Assembly: GCA_964016885.1 (NCBI GenBank)
Contig: OZ024756.1
Location: 19,158,001 to 19,222,000 of the forward strand
DNA: 64,000 nucleotides
Direction: 5' to 3'
Source: Eledone cirrhosa
Taxonomy: Eukaryota
Under the pieces are notes generated by a model. It had not been told where the DNA came from, made no database searches, and saw nothing but the letters and a program-made list of their open reading frames with translations. The number at the start of each line of letters is the position of its first letter. Position 1 is the stretch's first letter. Below, one piece after another: positions 54,735-64,000 of this stretch. The position numbers and the translations under genes are program-made.

Positions 54735-54777
54735 ACGGTGCTGACGATAGCTAATAAGCTTGAAACTAGTACATCGT
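54735..54777 (+). ncRNA. Minimal Penelope-type hammerhead ribozyme
   Basis: acggtg-CTGACGA-tagct aata agctt-GAAA-CTAG-TA-catcgt, within a ~280-bp unit between microsatellite tracts. Confidence 0.82.
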
Positions 54778-55659
54778 TCCTTTGTCAGTGTTGAACAAAA
54801 GGGCAACAATGGTTGCTAAACACTGTACGGCTTAATTCGGGATGTTTGTTTACAAACAAACCGAGCATCATAATAAATGTTTGGTAAATCCATACGTACA
54901 TGTATATATGTGTGCATGTATGTATATATATACATACTACTGTACGTCTGTATACATATATGTATGTACATATACATACTTATATATATATATATATTTA
55001 TATAGTTGTAATAGTAGTAGTATGCTTAGTCACAGCAGGATTTCAAACCATGTTAGAACTAAAAGTATGGTATTCTTTTATTATTTATCTATCTATCTAT
55101 TTGTGTCTGTATATCTATCTATCTGTCTATATGGTTGGGCCTTCTCTCTATATAAGCCTGTAGGTTGAGGAAAAAGAGGAAGAGAGGAAGGGAGTACTCA
55201 CTCTTGGTGCTCCTGGAGATGAAGGTTGTACATTTTTTCGGGGTGTGTACAACCCCTGTGTAACGCCTTCCCCCTATTGGGGATTTCAATTGTCATTTGT
55301 TATTTTATTAATAGTTTTATTTTCATATACCTGTATGTAAACTCCCCCATTTGTATTTGTCCCCTTCTTTTGTGCCCTTGTGGCTAATAAAGAAATTTCT
55401 CTATCTGTCTATATATATTCACACACACACGCACTATAATAATTGTTTCTACTTTTGGCACAAGGCCAGCAATTACCCCAGTGCGTTACTGGAACTTTAT
55501 TTTATCGAGCCCATAAGGATGAAAGGCAAAGTTAACCTCAGCAGTTATGTAGGTCAATTTCTATATTCGACCAAATTCTATGGAAAGCATTACAGCATAG
55601 CATGTAATATATATATGTACATATACATATATATATATATATATATACATGTGTGTGTA

Positions 55660-55693
<34 letters not shown>

Positions 55694-55727
55694 CATGTGT
55701 GTGTATGTGTGTGTGTATATATATACA

Positions 55728-55759
<32 letters not shown>

Positions 55760-55879
55760 CATGTGTGTGTATGTGTGTGTGTATATATATATATATACAT
55801 GTGTGTGTATGTGTGTGTGTGTATATATATATACATGTGTGTGTGTGTGTATATATACATACATGCATACATGTGTGTG

Positions 55880-55914
<35 letters not shown>

Positions 55915-55943
55915 CATACATGTGTGTGTGTATATATACATAC

Positions 55944-55974
<31 letters not shown>

Positions 55975-55979
55975 CATAC

Positions 55980-56027
<48 letters not shown>

Positions 56028-57083
56028 GATATCAACTCTTAAGATTCCACCATTGGCAACACATGCACTCTTCACTCAACATGAATGATTCACACAAATT
56101 TCAAAATCAATAAACTATATCAAGGCATGAGTGGACTATAATTTCAACTGAGATAAAAAGAGGGGGAAAAACAACATTATCCTCTTACTAACCTTAAAAC
56201 TAATCTATTTACTATTGTTATTATTATCATTTATTATCATTTTTACTGTTGATAAATCTGTGCACATGCAAAACCCACTCACCAACATAGACACACCCCG
56301 CAACACACACACCAACACGCATACACACCAACACACACAGCAACACACACCAACACACAGTAACACACACCAACACGCATACACACCAACACACACAGCA
56401 ACACGCACACACACACTAACACACCAACACACACAAACCAATACATACACAGACCAACACACACACACACAGACCAACACACACACACAGACCAACAGAC
56501 ACATACACATTGTGTTTTCGTCCTGTGCCGTCCTAATGACACTATGCTTCGCGGCATAGAGTTACGACCCTTTACATTCTGTGTTCAAATCCTGCTGAGG
56601 TTAGCTTTGCCTTTCATCCCTACGGGGTTGATAAAATAAAGTACCAGCAACACACTGGGGTCGATTTAAACGACTTTTCCCCCTTCCCTAAATTGCTGGC
56701 TTTGCGCCTATAGTAGAAATTATTATTTTTATTATCATTAGTTGTTTTTGTATGTGTGTGTTACATTGTGTTTTTGTATTGTTGTTGGCTGAGAAATTAA
56801 ACCTGTGGAATATGTAACTAACAGGACCAACACACCTTTAATTAGAATATTATGTGATTACACCTTTAGCATTTAAACTGGTCATATCCGGCCAGTATTT
56901 TCTCACCTCTTTCTTTTTAAACCAGCCATATCCAGCCAGAATGTTCTCACCTCTTTCTGTTCAAACCGGCTGTAACTGGCCATTCATACTGATGTTAAGG
57001 TATTGTTCTCAAAATAAATAATATCAAAATCTCATAGATTCGATATTATGCGAGGTAAGGCCTTTACCACAAAAATAGAGTAG

Positions 57084-57256
57084 TACCATATTTCCCGGCG
57101 ATGAAGCCACTACTTTTCCCCTAAAATAAGTCTAAAAAAATCTACCATGCGTCCTGGAGGCCCAAGGCTGTTTATTATTTTTTTTCAAATTTTTGGTTGT
57201 CAAAATTAGGGTGTGTCCTCGAGGACGAAGTGTCTTCAGCACCGGGAAATATGGTT
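57084..57256. mobile_element. Tc1/mariner-superfamily MITE nested in a piggyBac MITE
   Basis: ACCATATTTCCCGG / CCGGGAAATATGGT TIRs. Confidence 0.65.
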
Positions 57257-57724
57257 TATATAGAATAATTGTTTCTACTTTTGGCACAAGGTCAGCAATT
57301 ATCCCAGTGCATTACTGGTACTTTATTTTATCGACCCCGTAAGGATGAAAGACAAAGTTAGCCTCAGCGGGATTTGAACTCAGAATGGCAAGGGCCGTAA
57401 CTATGCATCAAAGCGTGGCGTCCGTATATATAAAATAATTGTTTCTACCTTTGGCACAAGGCCAGCAAATTACCCAGTAGATTACTGGTACTTTATTTTA
57501 TCGACCCCGTAAGGATGAAAGGCAAAGTTAACCTCGGCAGGATTTGAACTCAGACCGTAAAGGGGCATAACTATATGCTACAAAGCATGGCGTCCAACCC
57601 TCCACCAATACTACCAATCCACTGTGTATATAGAATTGTTTCTACTTTTGGCACAAGGCCAGCAATTATTCCAGTATATTACTGGTACTGTATATATAGA
57701 ATAATGTAAATGCTAAAAGGTTAA

Positions 57725-58575
57725 ACCTGTGAAATACGTAACTAACCTGACCAACATACCTGTTAATAGATTATTACGTGATTAAACTTGTGGTATACAT
57801 CACTAACCTGACCAACACACCTTTAAATAGATTATTACATGATTAAACTTGTGGTATACATCACTAACCTGACCAACACACCTTTAAATAGATTATTACA
57901 TGATTAAACTTGTGGTATACGTAACTAACCTGACCAACATACCTGTTAATAGATTATTACGTGATTAAACTTGTGGTATACATCACTAACCTGACCAACA
58001 CACCTTTAAATAGATTATTACATGATTAAACTTGTGGTATACGTAACTAACCTGACCAACATACCTGTTAATAGATTATTACGTGATTAAACCTGTAGTA
58101 TACATCACTAACCTGACCAACACACCTTTAAATAGATTATTACATGATTAAACTTGTAGTATACGTAACTAACCTGACCAACACACCTGTTAATAGATTA
58201 TTACATGATTAAACCTGTGGTATACGCAACTAACCTGACCAACACACCTGTTAGTAGATTATTACATGATTAAACATGTGCTATACGTAACTAACCTGAC
58301 CAACACACCTGTTAGTAGATTATTACATGATTAAACATGTGCTATACGTAACTAACCTGACCAACACACCTGTTAGTAGATTATTACATGATTAAACATG
58401 TGCTATACGTAACTAACCTGGCCAACACACCTTTAAACAGATTAACCAGACCAACACACCTTTAACTAGAATAACCTGAACAACACACCTTTAAATAGGA
58501 TATTACGTGATTAAACCTGCGGTATACGTCACTAACCTGACCAACACACCTTTAAATAGAATGTTACGTGATTAA
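57725..58575. repeat. ~61-bp minisatellite; one more unit at ~56795-56860, split off by nested insertions
   Basis: Repeated actaacctgaccaacacacct...agattattacatgattaaac unit. Confidence 0.92.
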
Positions 58576-58683
58576 AAAGAAGACCGCACCTCATGAGTCA
58601 CAGCTATGAAACATCCTTGTTTTGAAAACATTAAAAGCATTGATGATGACAATAACAACAGTAGTGATGACAACATCGACGAA

Positions 58684-59410
58684 GGTGGTAGTGGTGGTGG
58701 TGGTGGTGGTGGTGGAGGTAAGGATGGTGGTGGTGAGGATGGTGGTGGTGATGGTGGAGGTGAGGATGGTGGTGGTGATGGTGGTGGTGATATAGGTGGT
58801 GGTGATGGTGGTGGTGAGGATGGTGGTTGTGGTGGTGGTGATATAGGTGGTGGTGGTGGTGATATAGGTGGTAGTGGTGGTGGAGGTGATATAGGTGGTA
58901 GTGATGGTGGTGGTGAGGATGGTGGTGGTGATGGTGGTGGTGATATAGGTGGTAGTGATGGTGGTGGTGAGGATGGTGGTGGTGGTGGTGGTGATATAGG
59001 TGGTAGTGGAAGTGAGGATGGTGGTGGTGATATAGGTGGTAGTGGTGGTGGAGGTGAGGATGGTGGTGGTGATATAGGTGGTAGTGATGGTGGTGGTGAT
59101 ATAGGTGGTAGGTGGTGGAGATAAGGATGGTGGTGGTGATATAGGTGGTAGTGATGGTGGTGGTGGTGATATAGGTGGTAGTGGTGGTGGAGGTGAGGAT
59201 GGTGGTGGTGTATAGGTGGTAGTGGTGGTGGTGTATAGGTGGTAGTGATGGTGGAGGTGAGGATGGTGGTGGTGATATAGGTGGTAGTGTTGGTAATGAT
59301 GGTGATGACAACAACGATAGTGGTGGTGGTGGTGGTGATATTGGTGGTGGTGATGGTAATAGGATAGTGTTGATGATGGTGACAATGGTAACGATAATGA
59401 TGATGATGAT
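58684..59410. repeat. (GGT)n-based array with ggtgatata/ggtgaggat variants
   Basis: Direct reading. Confidence 0.93.
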
Positions 59411-59641
59411 GAAGATGAGTTATATAAGTCATCAACACTGACAAGTGACACACATCCTAATTCAACTATGACAAAACACACGGTTCATTATTTCATCTTT
59501 TTTACTTTTTTTCTCCCTCTTTTGATAATCTAAATATACATTATAAAATGTGTGTGTGTCTGTGTGTATGTATGTATGTATGTATGTATGTATGTATGTA
59601 TGTATGTGTGTGTGTGTATATATCTCGATAACGAGGGAGCA

Positions 59642-59717
<76 letters not shown>

Positions 59718-59748
59718 GATGAAATTTGACTAGCAATCTTTTTTCCTG

Positions 59749-59750
<2 letters not shown>

Positions 59751-59782
<32 letters not shown>

Positions 59783-60811
59783 TCATCATCTTCATACGTC
59801 CGTTTTTCCCTGCTTCCAAGGGTGGGATGGGAACTTATTCTGGCTTGATTTCTACAGCTGGATGCCCTTCCTAACATCAACCTCATTTACAGTGTGGGCT
59901 GGCTGCTTTTTTTTGCTGTGGCACCTCCACGACCACTTTGCAGTAGAATGATAGGGACCCCAGTCCTATCATCTCATTTCTACGCAGTCTGCGCAGGTCC
60001 TCTGCACGTAATGCCCATGTCTCACTGCCATGTAGCATTGCTGTTCGTATACAATCTGCCTTTCATTTTTAGAGAGAAACCTTTTGTGGCCAACAGCGGT
60101 ATAAGCTCTCTGATTTCGTCACCCAGGTAACAGAAAGTGTCTACTATTTCTATAGAACCATCTGGCAATAGAAGGAGCTAGTATCCTGTGGACACCTGCT
60201 ACCTATTGCACCTGAGCATCGGCCACATATAAAGTCTACGTTCTTAGATAGTTTACCTGTGATCCCACTACATCTTTTATGTACCCATAGTTTGCATTTG
60301 GGACATAAAATTGAATTTCTGCCTACTCCTTTCCTACACACTGAGCAAGGCCATTTTCCTGAGGGTACCTGTGCCTTATTTTCCTTTCTACAAACTAGGA
60401 CTTTAGTCTTAGACAAGTTAACTTTAAGGCCTTTTGATGCTAGGCCATGCTTCCATGTTTGGAATTTCTTCTCTAGTTCAGCTATTGATTCAGCTATGAG
60501 CGTTAGATCATCTGCGTATAGGAGTTCCCATGGGCAACCGGTTCTGACTCTGGCTACTGTACTTTCAGAACACCCTCCACCACTGCTGATTTCGTCACCC
60601 AGGTAACGGAAAGTGTCTACTATTTCTATAGAACCATCTGGGCAATAGAAGGAGCTAGTATCCTGTGGACACTTGCTACCTATTGCACCTGAGCATCGGC
60701 CACATATAAAGTCTACGTTCTTAGATAGTTTACCTGTGATCCCACTACATCTTTTATGTACCCATACTTTGCATTTGGGACATAAAATTGAATTTCTGCC
60801 TACTCCTTTCC
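59751..60811 (-). mobile_element. 5'-truncated, internally rearranged RTE copy with ~31-bp TSD
   Basis: Contains YADD and PHD segments, a duplicated PHD block and a (GAT)n tail. Flanking direct repeat tgaaatttgactagcaatcttttttcYtgct at 59720-59750 and 60812-60842. Confidence 0.85.
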
Positions 60812-61605
60812 TGAAATTTGACTAGCAATCTTTTTTCTTGCTTTATATATATATATTCCTTTATATATATATTCCTTTATATATATATTCCTGTATCAGA
60901 ATATGAGAATGTAGTTTACAGGGTTGATGGAATACTGATAGTTGAACAGGATTAACGCAAAGAAAGGAGATAAAAGATTAGATATTGTTGGTTTCCATTA
61001 GACACAAAGGAGCTGACATACATACGTCTATATAAGTAACTCCCACCACCCACCCTTTGTGTTTATATTTTGGCTTCCTGGCAGTATCGCTAGAGCGTCG
61101 GACATCATTATTATAGAATAGTTACAGCCCTTTGTGTTCTGAGTTCAAATCCTGCCAAGGTTAGCTTTGCCTTTCATATTTTACAGGGGCGATAAAATTA
61201 AGTACCAGTAATGCACTGGTGTCGATTTAATCAACTTTCCCCTTCCAAAAAATTGTTGGCCATGTTCCATCTACCAAATTGTTGGCGTTTCCATCTACCA
61301 AATTCATTCAGAAAGTATTGGTTGGCCCGACACTACGAGGTTTGGCTGAAAAGTTTGTAGGCTGACTATGAAGGAGTGATGCTAGTGTTGTAAAATCTTG
61401 CATGCATTACTTTCAACTCTTCTTATTAATAACTGTATTGTTTCTTTCCAGAAACTATGTTGAAACATAAACCTCATTTGGTCATTCCGTGAGAGTATCT
61501 TGAACTTTCCAACTGACCCTTGTATATTCTGAACTCAGAATAACACGATTTAGAAGTAAATTTCTAAACCACACAGCCATTACTCTTCTTACTATATATA
61601 TATAA

Positions 61606-62998
61606 CAGTGGGTCCCAACAGGGAAGTGCACCACCACAGGGGGCTAATTTGAATATTCAAGGGGGTGGGGGGCAATTTTAAAATGATGTAAATGAGAACA
61701 AACTTCAGCTTTTGCCATATTACTTTTACTCCAAGGCAACTTTGGTACACATTACTATCAGAAACTCCTGTCTCACCTCCACCACATGTTATTGTACATA
61801 TGGCACCACCTTCATGGTACACATTACTGTCAGAAACTCCTGTCTCACCTCCACCACATGTTATTGTACATATGACACCACCTACATGGTACACATTACT
61901 GTCAGAAACTCCTGTCTCACCCCCACCAGATGTTATTGTACATATGACACCACCTACATGGTACACATTACTATCAGAAACTCCTGTCTCACCTCCACCA
62001 GATGTTATTGTACATATGACACCACCTACATGGTACACATTACTATCAGAAACTCCTGTCTCACCTCCACCAGATGTTATTGTACATATGACACCACCTA
62101 CATGGTACACATTACTATCAGAAACTCCTGTCTCACCTCCACCAGATGTTATTGTACATATGACACCACCTCCATGGTACACATTACTGTCAAACTCCTG
62201 TCTCACCTCCACCACATGTTATTGTACATATGACACCACCTACATGGTACACATTACTGTCAGAAACTCCTGTCTCACCTCCACCACATGTTATTGTACA
62301 TATGACACCACCTACATGGTACACATTACTGTCAGAAACTCCTGTTTCACCTCCACCACATCTTATTGTACACATGACACCACCTCCATGGTACACAGTA
62401 TCAGAAACTCCTATCTCACCTCCACCACATGTTATTGTGCATATGGCACCACCTACATGGTACACATTACTATTGGAAACTCCTGTCTCACCTCCACCAC
62501 ATCTTATTGTACATATGGCACCACCTATATGGTACACATTACTATCAGAAACTGCTATCTCACCTCCTCCACCACATGTTACTGTGCTTATGGACCACCT
62601 ACATGGTACACATTACTGTTAGAAACTCCTGTCTCACCTCCACCACATGTTATTGTACATATGGCACCACCTACATGGTACACATTACTGTTAGAAACTC
62701 CTGTCTCACCTCCACCACATGTTATTGTATATATGGCACCACCTATATGGTACACATTACTATCAGAAACTCCTGTCTCACCTCCTCCACACATGTTACT
62801 GTGCTTATGGCACTGCCTATATGGTACACATTACTGTCAGAAACTCCTGTCTCACCTCCACATATGTTATTGTACATATGGCACCACCTATATGCTAATT
62901 TGCAGTTGACCATTGTTGTTTAGATATCAAAGAGGGAGGCATAGCAATTTTTGAGATGTTAAGTTTAGGCATGGTGTGTAAAAGGTTGGGAATCACTG
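61606..62998. mobile_element. hAT-like TIR element containing a 72-bp minisatellite (~16 units, 61743-62895)
   Basis: CAGTGGGTCCCAAC / GTTGGGAATCACTG ends. Unit tggtacacattactatcagaaactcctgtctcacctccaccacatgttattgtacatatgacaccacctaca. Confidence 0.6.
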
Positions 62999-64000
62999 AT
63001 ATAAGGTATATTTAACCCCTTCATGTTCAAACTGGCCAAAACCGGCCAGAATTCTCTACCTCTTTCTGTTGAAACTAGCTGTAACTGGTCACTCAAACTG
63101 ATGTTAAGGTATTGTTCTCAAAATAAATACTTTCAAAATCTCATAGATTCGATATTATGTGAGATAATTATGTGAGGTAAATCCTTTACAATGAAAATAC
63201 AATAGTACATATAGAGATGTGAATGCTAAAGGGTTAAGGGAGATATCAAATAGGTAGCTTGATGTTTATGTCTATATATGGTATGGACCTGTAACTCCTG
63301 ACGGAGTTGAAGGGGCACCCTATTGAAATAGTGTTTCTTAGGGCATTTTAAACCTGGCAGAGCCCATCTTTTCTCCAGGCACGAGTACAGCAGATTTCTT
63401 CCAGGGAAAGATAGAAAGTGAGAGAAAGAGATTTAGAGGAAGAATCGTTCCCAGTATTAGACTGGTACTTTTTTATTTTTTATCGACCTCAAATGGATGA
63501 AAAGCAAAGTTGACCTTGGTGAGATTTGAAGTCAGAGAGCCAGAACAAATACAGCAAAGCATTCTATCCGACATTCTAACGACTGCCAATTTGCCGCTGT
63601 CTATATATGGTATATAAAAAAATGTGAAAGTCTGTCCGAAGCCCAGAGACTCATCAGGTCGGTGCTTATCTCAGTTTCAAGCAACTGAGAGTATAAGACA
63701 CCCTCACTGGACAGGATGCCAGTCGGTAGCAAGGTTAGCCTCTCCTGCCCAAGCTACTACTGGCATTCATTTTCAGCTGAGTGTTTCTGGAGCAACGTGA
63801 AAGGCAGATATAAGAGACATTTGATGTAGTGTGCCAGAGAGAAGATTGTAATGGTATGAACCTGTAACATGTATGGATAATGATTGGTGGGTGAATAAGT
63901 GCTGAGAAATGCCAGTGGAAGGAAGCTGCTGTGGAGGGAGACCAAGGAAAGAAGATGCAGTAGTTGTAGGCTGAAGAAGACTTGGACTGAAGTGATGAAA

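Noticed and set aside
54690-54870. CpG-richer unique patch with gcaac...gttgc, considered as the ZDHHC promoter or an RFX site
   Set aside because: The half-sites are in the wrong orientation for an X-box, and the patch is better explained by the hammerhead element.
58572-59481. Extensin-like (SPPPP) and poly-His ORFs
   Set aside because: (ACC)n array open in all three minus frames.
61692-62923. 405-aa repeat protein (WYTLLSETPVSPPP)n
   Set aside because: 72-bp minisatellite with frameshifts between units.
63966-64000. CTGAAGA...GAAA at the window edge
   Set aside because: Weak stem II, and the rest lies outside the window, so it cannot be judged.

Overview
AT-rich, microsatellite-laden animal genomic DNA. 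The SINE, LINE and (TA)n landscape looks like a coleoid cephalopod (octopus-like; this is inference). One protein-coding gene can be rebuilt by hand on the minus strand: a ZDHHC1/ZDHHC11-family DHHC palmitoyltransferase with 12 phase-consistent coding exons from 46541 to 19504 (about 564 aa). Its first coding intron is a GT-AG U12 (minor spliceosome) intron, and the acceptor of one exon is triplicated in frame. Upstream lies a nearly intact RTE-clade LINE (one nonsense codon, a PHD-like finger inside the RT, 30-bp TSD). The rest is SINEs, piggyBac/mariner/hAT-type MITEs, LINE fragments, minisatellites and a ~7.6-kb (TA)n array. The strongest unexplained signal is eight hammerhead-ribozyme motifs from five different sequence families. 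Six sit as mirror pairs in long tail-out foldback palindromes beside (TA)n tracts, and these elements share a terminal ACTC...GAG(T) hairpin, i.e. Penelope-like non-autonomous foldback ribozyme elements. A solo copy lies sense-strand 35 nt inside the U12 intron. Almost all long ORFs in the supplied track are repeat artefacts. All folding and splice calls were made by eye.
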